DNA of 61,804 nucleotides, the filler included, from Basidiobolus ranarum (taxonomy: Eukaryota): assembly GCA_040143965.1 (NCBI GenBank). It is 5 parts of 5 records of this genome, joined end to end, with 100 filler letters (N's around TTAATTAATTAA, not from the genome) between each part and the next. Parts side by side here need not be neighbours in the genome. Positions count along the whole stretch, not along the records: positions 1 to 12,332 come from JASJQH010000551.1; 4 more parts are not named here. One strand, written 5' to 3'. Positions 1 through 12,432 of this stretch are shown here, in pieces. The notes under the pieces were generated by a model, which searched no databases, was not told the DNA's origin, and saw nothing but the letters and a program-made list of their open reading frames with translations. Each line of letters starts with the position of its first letter. Position 1 is the first letter of the stretch. Both the position numbers and the translations under genes were made by a program.

Positions 1-506
1 CATTTGCTTTCATTTGCTTTCATTTGAAAGATATGGCTTTAACTTGGCTTAATATCGGAAAATATTGACTGAGGATGAGGATTGAGCCAATGTGAAGATA
101 CTTACAAAATTTGTAGTATGAGGATTGAGCTTCATTGGATGAGGTCGGTTGAGAAAATAAATGAAATTTTTTGGCATTTTCCTTGTTATGGCTGAAGGCA
201 ATTAAGGAATTTTTATGTTGGATCCAAATTTAGCTAATCTCTTTCAAGGTCCTGCTCAAGCAAGATGGATTGAGAAGGAATCGAGGAATCGCATCCAATC
301 CATATTTGATTGATAGATTGGATTGAATCCAATTGAATTTCCGACAGGGGTTAGATAATGGCCAATTTTGACTCTCGGATTTGTCCAAGACTTCGGAATT
401 AGCTAGTCGTGGCGTATCCACAGTAGCATATATAAAGAGAGATACTGGAATATTAGAACGAACTACATCCTTATTCCAATTCTAATCACACATGGAAAAG
501 TGAAGA

Positions 507-1562
507 ATGAATACAATCAGGCCTAAAGCAACATCCATACAGTTACGAACACTCAGTAACACAGTATTAGTACACGAAGACTATCCCGATTCCTTTTTAC
601 ACGTATCTTTAGATCTAAAGCTCCACAAATCTCTGAAAGTCCACTCAATCTATTTAGTTCTCAATGGGATCTACACTAGAGTAAGATTATCAGGTAAAGG
701 CTCACTATTTCGATCGGATTACTTATCATTGTTACTAATCGTTTTATTGTTTGCTCTAGGGTTATGGAAAGAAAAGATAACTAGATGCACCAGCCATTGC
801 AATATTCTGGAAAGGCAAGGCACTGAATACTACTTGGGACCTGGTGAATACTCATACAATTGTGTCGTGAAAATTCCAAATCACACCGACCAAACGACCA
901 CAACTGATATAGGCAAAGTGGAGTATCAATTGCATGGAGTAGTTGAAACCATGAAGTTCCATCCAAATTTAACAAAGACGGTTCCCGTATATGTTCATCG
1001 GGTTCTACCACGGTGCGAAGAATTGGAGCTGGCTGATGGCTTATGGGAAGATATGCTACGTTATCAGGTGATGTCCAATGGCATCGATTACACGCTAGAA
1101 GACTCATTGAACATCGCATTTCGTTTAGAATCCTTAGTAGATGTTTCATTCCCTTGGAAACTTACGGCTACTTTGAAAGAATCCGTTGGCTACTACAGCC
1201 GTTTGAAAAATGGAAATGCTGAACTTAAAAAGCGAAATAGAACTATCAGTAAAGTTACCAAGTACAAGCCAGAGGAACCACATATATCATGGGCCACATT
1301 AAATCTTCCGGTAAATACAAGTAATACTACAGTGAGTTATGATTGTCATGGACAATATGTGAGCGTAAGCCATCATATCGAAGCCAAAATTGAGATGGTT
1401 AACGACAAAAGACGCAAATTTATTTCGATTCTACCGATACGATTGATTCATCCAGATGTACAACAGTGGTTAGAAAAGTCCGATTCTACCCATTTACCTA
1501 GATACTCTTCGTTACCTACAAATCCTAGAGCTACGTATATGGCTCAATCTACACTCAAATGA
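507..1562 (+). CDS. Alpha-arrestin-like protein (arrestin N/C folds, C-terminal LPRY PY-type motif); probable 66-nt intron at 694-759
   Basis: Arrestin_N-like segment 'LGPGEYSYNCVVKIP..TDQTTTTDIGKVEYQLHGVVE'; LPxY motif near the C-terminus; TATATAAAG at about 429; GTAAAG...TACTAAT...CTAG intron that keeps the frame. Confidence 0.8.
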   Translation: MNTIRPKATSIQLRTLSNTVLVHEDYPDSFLHVSLDLKLHKSLKVHSIYLVLNGIYTRVRLSGKGSLFRSDYLSLLLIVLLFALGLWKEKITRCTSHCNILERQGTEYYLGPGEYSYNCVVKIPNHTDQTTTTDIGKVEYQLHGVVETMKFHPNLTKTVPVYVHRVLPRCEELELADGLWEDMLRYQVMSNGIDYTLEDSLNIAFRLESLVDVSFPWKLTATLKESVGYYSRLKNGNAELKKRNRTISKVTKYKPEEPHISWATLNLPVNTSNTTVSYDCHGQYVSVSHHIEAKIEMVNDKRRKFISILPIRLIHPDVQQWLEKSDSTHLPRYSSLPTNPRATYMAQSTLK

Positions 1563-1699
1563 GCCCGCTTTATTCACAATCTTGGTGTGATTTTCTTGTA
1601 GCATTTTATATAAAAATCATTGTAAAATATTAAACATAAGGTCAACCCTCTTGAACGAATAAGTTAATTCAAACGATTAATATATACAGCAGTGGAGGC

Positions 1700-3472
1700 T
1701 TAGCGGTTCCTAGTAATAACCGTGTGTTGGGCTTCGCTATTGTTATAAACTAATTCATAGAAGAGATGCAAATTATTAGCAGATACTATGGAAGAGGTAA
1801 ATAGTAGTGACTCACCATTTCGCTGTGGAGCACGAGTACTGATTTTTTTGAAAGCATTCCGCTCATACTCAGAGTTAACTTGGGCGTTGAAGCAGCCTAG
1901 TCCAACAATTCCAGATTTCTCTACGGTATATAAGAATTCACCATGTGGGGCAATGGGTGATTTGGCTACCGATATTTTTCGAAGGTTGGCCTTTTCTAAC
2001 TGAGGCTCGGTGGACTCGATATATTCTACTATCAATCGCGTAGTGACTGAATGAGCCCAAGTATTGCCTAATGCGGCAGTTACAAAACTGTTCTCCGCGT
2101 GTGGTTCTATAATATGAATGAGAGATTAGCCTTTGATGTACAAAAAGTCTCATTCAGTTTAATATTTACCATCTAGATTGGCCATTCTTGACGAAGCACC
2201 AACACCAAGTACATTTACTTCAGAGATTTTGGTTGTAACTTGATTAGTAACTAGTACCTAAATCATTCCTTGTGTGAATTCCTTGTGGTACTAAAGGCTA
2301 CTATATAGTAATTCTTACCGGGATACGAAAAGATTCGGCAATATATCTACATATTGTCATCATGTTAGTTGGAATTTACTATAGAGTTGATCTAACGACA
2401 CAAAATCACAGACTTAAGGATAGATGCCTCTCTCATCAACATCTCGTTACGTTCTGAGACGAACGTGGGTTTACTCGTTTGAGGTGGAGTATCCCCTTTA
2501 TTGTTGGACCTACCACCAGTAAATTCTTTTCTAACTAGAGATGCAACCGAGTCCAAAATAACCAGTTTTACGTTATGAGAAATCACCATATATTCTAGAG
2601 ATTCCAATCTATTAAAAAATAAATAACGTCCAACTATATAAGTCAACAATCGATATTCTATATACTAATATATGTGTCAACTTTGCCATTAACTCCTGGG
2701 AAGTCTTGACGTGGGATATTTGCACTGAATTGGTAAGCTTATTTATACTTTCAGCCGAATTAAAGTAGTGTGGAAATTTGGTGGTTGCTATTTCAACTAG
2801 CCTTGGTAGTGTTATTAAAAGTTTGGTTAATAGTGTAAAATAAGAAGTGCCACTTGTCTATAAAGGCTACCTGTCAGCGCTGAAAGCTCCTTCGGTATCC
2901 AAATATATTACTCCACCTTGAAGACCACCCAGATCCACTGGAAGTGTGGTATATACAGCCAAAGAAAGGCAAAATTGAGTTTTTCCAGAACCTGGAGGAC
3001 CAACTATCTAAAAACAATATGAATATAATTTTGTAAAGGAATATATTGATTGGCAAGCGAAATATATACTTCAGTAATGCACGAGCAAGGGATTCCGCCT
3101 TGTAAGCACTGGTCTAGTTCGGTATATTGTGTAGTTAAAAATGAGGGAACATGTTTGTTACGAGATTCCAGTAACATGTCAAGAACCTATGTGAGAGGAG
3201 AATTGGTCACGATTCATTACCAAGATTCAGAAAGTTGTTTTTAATACCGTTGTCGGAGTTGGTGCTACTACTTTAGAAATAGTATTCAAGACTTGATTAG
3301 CCGTGGCGAAATCCCAATCACAAGTTTCAACCAATTCATAACCTGTACGAGCGAGGAGATCTTTACATGTCGTTATGGGATTTGTGGATAAACTTTGAAG
3401 CTTGGATAGTTGTGAAGAAGTGAGTGACAAGTGCTCAGGAAGTCTAGCTAATTTACGTGAAGAGGCGGACAT
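1700..3472 (-). CDS. RAD51B: RAD51 paralog, RAD51B-like (multi-exon)
   Basis: Spliced exons give 'LDQCLQGGIPCSCITEIVGPPGSGKTQFC' (Walker A), 'VIYLDTEGAFSADRL', 'VKLVILDSVASLVRKEF' (Walker B), 'ALGNTWAHSVTTRL' and 'ISVAKSPIAP', as in RAD51B. Confidence 0.85.
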
Positions 3473-4659
3473 AATTGAAGTCTGATAAATGGCTATTTGT
3501 TAATATTTATTATTGAATAAGCATTTCAATTTTTTAGCCTTGATACTATTAAATGCTAATCAAATCGTATGTTCCTCGCCAACCGTTCAACATAATCGAT
3601 GTTCTCATTATGCTGGACCCTCTGTTAAATTGAATTGACTGACATTGATCGTCAAAATACTCTAGTTTGATACGTAAGCTTATTGTGAATACTAAAGATG
3701 TGACGCAGAACAGGGCATGTGATGCACAGATACAGAACTGGTCCAAAGGTATCTTAACTAGAGACTTAAATAGTGGCAATCATATAAATGTGAATATGTC
3801 ATTTCTAGTTAAGTGTAGATAGCGAATCAAGTGCTTTTAGTTCCATGCTTCTTTATTTATCAACTCTATAGTAGTACCATTACAGCCCTCCAATCCTATT
3901 GCTGCCGAGTTAAAGGCAGCGATCGAACAGGGTGGAGTTTAGAACTGCCTGTCGATCCTGAGAGCATATATATAATAATGATATTCTCATGATGACATAC
4001 TCTCCTGATCTAGTTAAATCGACACCAGTGCTATTATTGGCTCGATCAAATACAGTGAGCAATCGAATTAACATCCCAATTCCAAAAATATCCATAAGAA
4101 ATCACCTTCATGTTCAATCGCACGTTCAATCAATAAACAGCATGCTCTCTATGCGCAAGTTCAGTATTGATGCAAACTTAAAGTGGCATGGATAACGAAT
4201 CTGACCAGTTACGCCTTTGTAAAAGTGAAAGAAATATATCCGGTATTTACTGGTTAAAAACTCCAAATAGGAAAAGTCCAGTTTGGTCAAATACAACTCA
4301 GATTCTTTTCGTATAACAAGGAATTATGTTTCTATCGGATAGAACTTGATAACTTCACCATACGTTCTTATCAATTTTCGTATTGGTTTCGTACCATCCG
4401 TTTTTCATTTTGAGCTTGTGTTATTCAGAACACTATGGTACATATATATCGATAGCAGACCGATATGCTGAATGTTGTAGAACGTTACACTAGCGACAGT
4501 CTTCCGCTTTCGCAATTTCTCATGTAACTCATATTGTCTATGAACAAAGATGGAAAGACATGATTTTTTTCAATGAAACATCACGGAATTATATAAAGTC
4601 GAGAAATATCATCGATGATAGTAAGTCCCATCTTCTAATACATTCTTTCTCAATCCGAA

Positions 4660-5772
4660 ATGGTAAGGGATAGTAAGCGCAATAGTAGGCAGCGACGTAC
4701 CAACAAAGAATTCTTTGAAGAAATCATTCAAGGAAACACAATATCCCCCATTAGCTTGAATGACTTTCGACGCTATTTAGAACATAAGGAGCACAGCTAC
4801 GAGAATCTGGATTTTTACAAATGGTACCTGACCTACTGTAAAAGATTCAATTCGCTACCTTTGGAGCAGCGTGGAAAATCCCCACCTCCAACAAAGCATA
4901 AGCTTTCAATGTATCATGCGAAATCACCACATAATGATGATGATTCAATGAACGCTTTCTCTAGATTGAAAAAGCAGCCGTCTGTATCTGCAGAAGACCT
5001 ATTAGGAGATGATCGTAAAGACTCTATACTTGAACTCTCTAAACTTGAACCTGCGGCTTTAAACAGAATGTCCTTCACATACGTTGATTTAGAGCTCAAA
5101 GATATTGAAAAGAACCTTTCGGAAAGCAATAACACAATGGACCAGCCATTTCGTAACACGGTAGATGAGGCAATCAAGAAATACTTCTCTCCCAATTCAG
5201 ATACCGAAGTAAACATTAGTAGTAATATCCGAACTCAGCTATTGAAAGATGCTAAAAAAACCACTAATCCTGAAATTTTCGAAAACGCCATTAGCGAAGT
5301 TTTGTCGATGCTAGTCAACTCGTCTATCCCTAACTTTCGAGCTGCAGCTGTTCAAAATATCGCACCTAGCACAGTTATGTGGCGTATTATACGTACCACT
5401 ATAGTTCTGTTTATATGCTGCGGCGTTCTTATCTGGATCTTTGCATCTCGTCAAGAAAAATGGTACCGAGCAACCGTGCTTCCAGTTTTGGCATGGGTGA
5501 TTATCAGTTATATTACCAATGTTAAAGGAGTGTGTTTAGTCAACCAATTTAATGGTAAACGGGAAGTGCTCGATTTCGAAGAGGCCTGCGATATAAGTCA
5601 AATATACACACGACCATTGTATTACATGGTACTGCCAAAATCCGAACTACTTGATAAAGAAACCGATCCAAGAATCCAGAGGGAACGATACAAGCTGGCA
5701 ATCATGATGATTATCTCGACTCTTCTAAGCTGTGGAGCATTATTTGCGTCCATTATGTTGATTCCTAGATAG
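4660..5772 (+). CDS. RGS-domain membrane protein, Rax1-like
   Basis: 'PISLNDFRRYLEHKEHSYENLDFYKW' and 'KYFSPNSDTEVNISSNIR' RGS segments, followed by three hydrophobic helices; intronless 370 aa. Confidence 0.8.
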   Translation: MVRDSKRNSRQRRTNKEFFEEIIQGNTISPISLNDFRRYLEHKEHSYENLDFYKWYLTYCKRFNSLPLEQRGKSPPPTKHKLSMYHAKSPHNDDDSMNAFSRLKKQPSVSAEDLLGDDRKDSILELSKLEPAALNRMSFTYVDLELKDIEKNLSESNNTMDQPFRNTVDEAIKKYFSPNSDTEVNISSNIRTQLLKDAKKTTNPEIFENAISEVLSMLVNSSIPNFRAAAVQNIAPSTVMWRIIRTTIVLFICCGVLIWIFASRQEKWYRATVLPVLAWVIISYITNVKGVCLVNQFNGKREVLDFEEACDISQIYTRPLYYMVLPKSELLDKETDPRIQRERYKLAIMMIISTLLSCGALFASIMLIPR

Positions 5773-6703
5773 TCTTCTCTAGAAGAAACTTTTACTAGAA
5801 GTAACCTTTTGAATTTTCTCTATATACTTTTAAATGCCGCATCTCCCCTATTCTTTACTGTAATTGTAACACATACTATTTCTTAATGCCCTGTAATGTC
5901 GCAATTTGTTAAATGTACATGTTGATTCCCAATATACTTGTCTTAAAATCAATAGTTTTCGTTTGTCTGCCTGGTCTCCGAATTTTCTCTTTGTTTATTT
6001 GAACTGCATATAGCATTACAAGATATAGAGTGGGGCGTCCAGAGAACACATACATCTTGTGCAGTGAGTGTAAGTATTTGTAATATTTCTACGAATCAGC
6101 TTATTCAACGTTGATTCTATACACCAACATCAGCTACAGATAGTACCAAAGCAAGTTAGGTTGGTTACATATATCCCATTAGGGTTAGGGCTAGGTTTCA
6201 CACTCACTAGTCGAAGGAATGTTGCTTGAGGGAAATCTAGTTACCATATTTGAACAAAAAGTTCATGCTTCTCGACTTGGTTTTGCGACTTTCTGAATGA
6301 AATTTGATTTGTAGACATAAAATAGAAACGTAATTCAACTGTGATTAGATTCCGATTTTCTCACTGGTAGCTGGCAGTTTTGGGTAGCTTACAGGAATTA
6401 ATTTCTATAATACAATTTAAATCGAAGTCATACTTGGAGTGCGAACCCTTAGAGTGAGACCCTTTGAGAACGAACCCTAACCCTATATCTGAAATAATAT
6501 GGGGGAAGTAATGCTTCATGAATTGTTTGAAAGTGATGATGCAATGGTTTCTTATTATTGATGACGCTCCATTTTCAAACGAGAAACTTCACCTTCAATA
6601 GTCTATCGTTTATATTCCAAGTACTTAGTTCTATTTAAAGTCAACTCACTCACGAGCAAACTAATAAAAATTGTTTTCTCCATAACAACATTAACCTATA
6701 GAT

Positions 6704-7721
6704 ATGAAAGTGATTGCTGTTCCTGCTCTTGAAGATAATTACTCTTATCTAATTGTCGACGAAAAGTCTAATGAGGCAATCGCCGTCGATCCAGTAGAGC
6801 CACATAAGATCCTCAAGGCTGCTGAAGACGCTAAAGTAAAATTAATCTCTGTCTTTACCACTCACCACCACTGGTAGATTATATAAATATCTAGTTCTGT
6901 AGTTGATTGTAAACTTAAGCTCTCTTCTCTTTATTAACCAGGGATCATGCTGGTGGAAATGAAGAACTCCTTTCTTTGAAGCCAGAACTAACAGTATATG
7001 GTGCTGATGATCGAATTGCCAAGCTTACCAATTTCGTCAAAGATAATGAGGAGTTTAAAGTTGGTTAACCCTAACCTTATCCATTATTAGAGGGAGACTT
7101 TACTAATCCCTATATCCAATAGATTGGTTCATTAAATGTCAAGTGTCTTATGACTGTCTGCCATACTAGCGGAAGTGTAAGCTTTTTTGTTAGTGATGGG
7201 GAAGAAAAGGCAGTTTTCACTGGTGACACTCTCTTTATTGGTAAATATGGAATTTTGCTATACTAAATCGTAGCAGAAGATTGAGATGTTGATGGAATTA
7301 CAGGTGGGTGTGGAAGATTCTTTGAGGGTTCCCCCGAAGATATGTACAATTCATTACTAAATGTACTGGCTGTACTCCCAAAAGAAACCAAGGTTTACTG
7401 TGGACACGAGTATACCAAATCTAACCTCAAGGTAAATACCGAGTCCTCATCATATATCTTCCCATGGTACTCATCTAGTGCTTAATTTGGCTATTGTTGC
7501 TGTAGTTTGCCCTCTCTGTGGATCCGGAGAATTCCCGACTCAAAGAGAAATATGCTTGGTGCGATTCCAATCCAGTTACTGTGCCAAGCACTATAGGGGA
7601 AGAGTTGGAAATTAATCCGTTCATGCGTGTGAATGACGTACATATTCAAAAGAAACTTGGAAAGAATGATTCAATCGATGTCATGGCAGAGTTGAGAGAA
7701 TTGAAAAACAACTTTAAATGA
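6704..7721 (+). CDS. GLO2: Hydroxyacylglutathione hydrolase (glyoxalase II), 5 exons
   Basis: [16 protein letters not shown]..., metallo-beta-lactamase motif THHHW|DHAGGN split by an intron, [22 protein letters not shown], '[17 protein letters not shown]'. Confidence 0.93.
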
Positions 7722-9124
7722 GCTTCCAAGAATGCCAGTATTACTTTGTTTGAAATAAACCAGATATGATGACAAATAGCACTACTTGTTGCTTACATAC
7801 TCCTCAATATTATGCTATCATATACTATATATGAATAGATGTTACGTTACTCAAGTTTAACCCTAAGTAGCATAAAGGCTATATAGGGAGTCATATTATA
7901 TTAAACCATCAACGATCCCAGCCTTAATGAAGATGAAGGTAACTGGCTGTTTCCAAGAGGGGTGCTTAGTAAGTGGTGCTTATCCTAACTCTACGATATC
8001 CATCTAAGATCAATCATATTACCAAGTTTTTCGATGCAAGTTTTTCGATGTATCATAACCCTAACCCATGTAGTTTGACTCTAACTTCGATCCCTAACCC
8101 TTTGAATTACTTGAATAGCAGAAATATTATATTCCGAAAGATTCATTCCGGATAAATTCCTGATTATAAACTTGAATATAAGAAATATGTAGTAGTACAG
8201 CGAACAGATAGCGAACAGATGACATTTCTTTTAATATAGTATTAGGGTTGGGACTGGGATTAGTACAAGTTTCTCAAACAAGTCTTGTTTCTCTTGATTT
8301 CCACTCACTGGAATTCGCTTTAGTGACTTCCTTTACTAAGAAATACTCACATGGTTTACTTAGCTTTTCATTGGTTCAACTTGAACCAGTTAACTTGGCG
8401 AGTTTAGTAGACAGTAGTAGAACGGTGAATACTGAGCTGTGCAAATATTACCATCCAAGTAAACAATGAGAAGTGTATTAATGAGCGTGTATTAATGAGC
8501 CGAAAGATCTTTTCACTCACAAATAGATTATCCTATTGCTTCTGAATTCATAGATGGTATGACGCCTCCGATAATAATGAATAGTCGCCCAATCATTACC
8601 TATTGTTGTAATGGTGACACGAGTATTATGGTGGAGGGAAGCTCTATTCGAGAAAGGTATATTACTTCAAATCCCGGATAATGTGTGTAACAGTGCCGTG
8701 ACCACCCATTTCACATTGCACTTGTCTATTTTCCTAGTTTGACTCGTATTTGCTATTAGAGTAATACCAAATGGTCATTCATGGGGGCAAACTTTGAATT
8801 TAATCTCCAACTGAAAATAGCGGATACTCTTACTTTTTGATGTCGGGATTGTTGAAGCAGGGAATGGGTTGCACGGTTTAAATGATTTAGTAAGTTGAGT
8901 TAGTCAAAATTAATGGAATTGACACTTCTCAAAATATCTACTTCCATACCCTTTAGGTATCAACAGATCAAAACATCTCTACATAGTAGAAGTGTTGATA
9001 TATTGCCACTTTCCGAACTAAATATTTGACAATGTCCGTATATCCTATGACAGCCGAGAAACCATCTGGTAGTCGATATCATTACAATATATAAAATCAT
9101 AAAAGTGAACAAATCGACTGCAGC

Positions 9125-9810
9125 ATGACTCCCACGTATTTTATACTGCTACTTCTTCATATAAATCCATCAGATCTTCTAACTGCTTGGGCTCGTCTTG
9201 CGTACATTAATGGCCGTATTCTTGTCATAAATGTGGTGTAGGGCCAAGCGTTGTTTTTCACTAGGTTGGTACTTCTGTTGGAGTTGATCTCGACGGAGGT
9301 GCTGATCATGATAGTGGTTACTTGTAATTCTGTTGTGGTGATAAAGACAATCTTGTGTATTACATGAACTGTGCAGATATCGTCATCCAAGGAAGGAACG
9401 GCAAGTGCATTAGCGGGCCTAAACATCTTATTGCTGACCTTCTTGGCTACTTAGCTGTCCCAGAATTCATGGTTCTGATCTCATGAACAGCCGTCCAATC
9501 ATCACCTCATGCTCTTATAATGATACTTCGGATGATAGCGAAGAGAGCTCACCGATCAGTTCGGAAGCAGTTCCTTCCGAACAGGGGACGGAAAAACCAA
9601 GTGAAATATAGTCCTCTGAGCAGTCACAACATACAAATTAGTCTCCGAACCCTCAAATCATCATTAATCCTGGAAAATCAGATAGGCAATTAACTAGAAA
9701 TTACGGCAACAGAAAAGTCTTTGTGGTGCACATTTACAGATGTGTAGAGATGAAGCTATAAATTCTAACGAGCCGTGTTCCCTCGGAGCAAACTTTCAAA
9801 TGCGTGTGAT
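9125..9810 (+). pseudogene. Decayed tandem duplicate of the downstream AA11 LPMO gene
   Basis: Near-identical blocks to 10632-11632, e.g. 'tattacatgaactgtgcagatatc...ggcaagtgcattagcgggcctaaa' and 'gacggaggtgctgatca'; large deletions, frameshifts and stops; no intact + strand ORF. Confidence 0.85.
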
Positions 9811-10631
9811 TGGTTTTCATTAAAGTTCATCATATAACCATGTCAACTGATTGCAAATAGTTTGATGTCAATGTTCATCTACCAGTCTCTTGGACCTGAT
9901 CCAATACTGCTTATTATTGATAAGAGCTTGGAGTCACTAAATCCTTTATCAAGGTCTACTATGTTTTTGGGAGTATTGCATATTATAGGAGTACATCTTG
10001 ATTCTCTTGGACTAGGAGTTGCCCTGGCAATTTTAACCCGAAATGGGCGAATCTGAGAAACAACTTCTGCAAGCTTTCGTATAGACTCCTAAAATCTCTA
10101 ATGTATTGAAATGCATGAAGTACAGTAGAGGGGCGCCACACTCTTTTTATCAATTGAGTCTTCCTCTACGCTTAGCCCTACGCCATCCTTCTATTATTGA
10201 TAAACAACAATTCGATGCGGTATGTATGATGGAAAGTGGTATGTATGATGGAAAGTGTAAAGCCTTATACGATCGAAGTAATCGGGATCAAGGAGATGAC
10301 CTGAATTAGGAATTAATATACAAATAGATCGTTTCAATGACTGTCATGCAGTAGCGGCAAGAATTATATGATATGCGGGACTGACTTTGGCAGAAGTAAT
10401 GATAAGAAACAAATAAAGGATGATATTGAAACCACAATTAAAGTCATACAATAGCTTACCGTACCATGGCGTAGAGATCTGACTTCACGCATGATTGTTC
10501 ACACAATTGGACCACTTTGTCACAATGGCTGTCGAAATATATAAAAGATACATGACCCTTCTCTCAACCAAATCCATACCCTTTTCACTGGTTGAAAACT
10601 ACATCTCATACTATTTACATTAGAAATTATT

Positions 10632-11632
10632 ATGTTGAATAAATCTGTAGTCTTCATCATTCTTGCACACATTTGGAGCATTCTGGTAACTGCCCATATG
10701 GAAATGATCAACCCTGCTCCCCGCCGGTCTAAACTAAATCCCGCCTATAAAGGGGATGAAATTGATTATGATATGACTTCTCCGCTAAGTGCTAAGGTAA
10801 ATACCTATTATTGGTAATTCTCTCAGTAAAAATGCTAAAGGATACCGTATATTAGTTGCCATATCCTTGCCGTGGTTATGGGCCGGGTCCCAGTTCTGCC
10901 ACGTATCAAGCCGGCGAATCTATCTCGGTAAATCTGGATGGAGGCGCTGATCACAATGGTGGTCACTGTCAATTCTCACTCTCCGTTGACGGAGGGAAGA
11001 CTTTTGTGGTAGTGAAGACAGTTATGAGTGATTGTATGAGCTCCTCACGTAACTACAATGTTCCTATTCCCAAGAATACTCCCAGTGGTAAGGCAGTATT
11101 TGCCTGGAGTTGGATCAACAAGACAGGCAACCGTGAGTATTATATGAACTGTGCAGATATCACCATTCAAGGAGGGAGCGGCAAGTGCATTAGCGGGCCT
11201 AAAAATCTTGTCGCGGACCTTCCAAACTATATTCAAATTCCAGAATTTACAAATGGTGGTTATGATGGTTCTGATCTAATGGAAAAGCGGCCTATCGTCA
11301 GTTCGTGTTCAAATGAGCCAACCTCGGATTCCGCCTCAACATATATCGAGAGTGATCAAACTAACGAAGATAAGCACACAGATAACGAAAAGACATCATA
11401 TTCTAAATCGCATAAACAAACCCCATCGCATGAATCTACTTCTATCCAACCTAAACAGACACACCAACCGAAAATAGACCAGCCAACCGTGAATACTGAG
11501 CCATGTGAAATAAAATGCTTAGGAGGTGCAGATTTTCAAATTTGCGGTAACGGGGGTATGACTCCATTCAAAAAAACGTGTGCTCTCGGCACCAACTGTC
11601 ATATGCAGGACGGCCAGGCTGCCTGTACCTAG
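10632..11632 (+). CDS. Secreted AA11-like lytic polysaccharide monooxygenase with a Ser/Thr linker and a C-terminal Cys-rich (CBM19-like) module; intron 10797-10855
   Basis: Signal peptide followed by N-terminal His (LVTA|HMEM), 'YPCRGY', 'GGADHNGGHCQFSLS', 'WSWINKTGNREYYMNCADI'; tail 'C...FQICGNG...CALGTNC'. Confidence 0.88.
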
Positions 11633-12221
11633 ATAAATTTTTCCTCTTCGTTAGAGAAGTTGTATTTATCATTGTAGAAAGCTTTGAATTCTTATCTAAG
11701 AGGCCATATTGATGCTGTATATTCCAATTATAATCCCCATTGAATAAATATAGCTCATCATCATTGAATTTATTTGTACAAATTTAGCACATATCATAGA
11801 GTGCTATCACAGTTTTTATTACCAATTATCTGACTGAATGTAGTGAATACTTTATACGCTTATTCGGTATCTGCGTGAATTGTCATGCAAGAAGATGTCT
11901 CTTTTGCTGATTAATATAATCAGAGCCATATAATACGAATCCACCATATAACTATGAAATCCACACCAATTCTGTATTGGATATACTCAAACTTCCCCAT
12001 GCTCCTCCTTGTGAGGTTGTTCATAACAGATGTGCATAGACAAAACGATGTGAGTAATATTATCTTTGAGATTTGTTTGTAGTTTGTAGACCATTTGTTT
12101 GTAACATTTGATGCATAACGTTCATTCATATAAAAGATAGGTTCGCTCTCATCTCGAATAATCATTTCAAATAGTTTAACCACTACATCATACCAATATA
12201 TCTTTTGATTCGATTAGAAAA

Positions 12222-12332
12222 ATGAAATTCACTTCCATCTCCGCCTCTGCTCTTTTTGTCTTCGCCATGGTTGCAAGATATGTTGATGCTGGTGTTGCCA
12301 TTACCGGTCCTTTGGGAAATACCTGGGCTGCC
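12222..12332 (+). CDS. 5' end of a secreted protein, possibly Ser/Thr-rich GPI (Kre9/Knh1-like N-terminus); truncated by contig end
   Basis: MKFTSISASALFVFAMVARYVDA|GVAITGPLGNTWAA: signal peptide plus an 'ITxP...W' start. Confidence 0.55.
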
Positions 12333-12432
12333 NNNNNNNNNNNNNNNNNNNNNNNNNNNNNNNNNNNNNNNNNNNNTTAATTAATTAANNNNNNNNNNNN
12401 NNNNNNNNNNNNNNNNNNNNNNNNNNNNNNNN
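12333..12432. other. Artificial contig linker (N44-TTAATTAATTAA-N44)
   Basis: Identical 100-nt spacer with stops in all six frames, recurring about every 12.3 kb. Confidence 0.99.

Noticed and set aside
6014-6318. Spliced minus-strand frame reading ...VQIC-UGA-CWC..., a possible selenoprotein
   Set aside because: It does not resemble known selenoprotein families, I could not identify a SECIS element, and there is no evidence of Sec machinery in the window.
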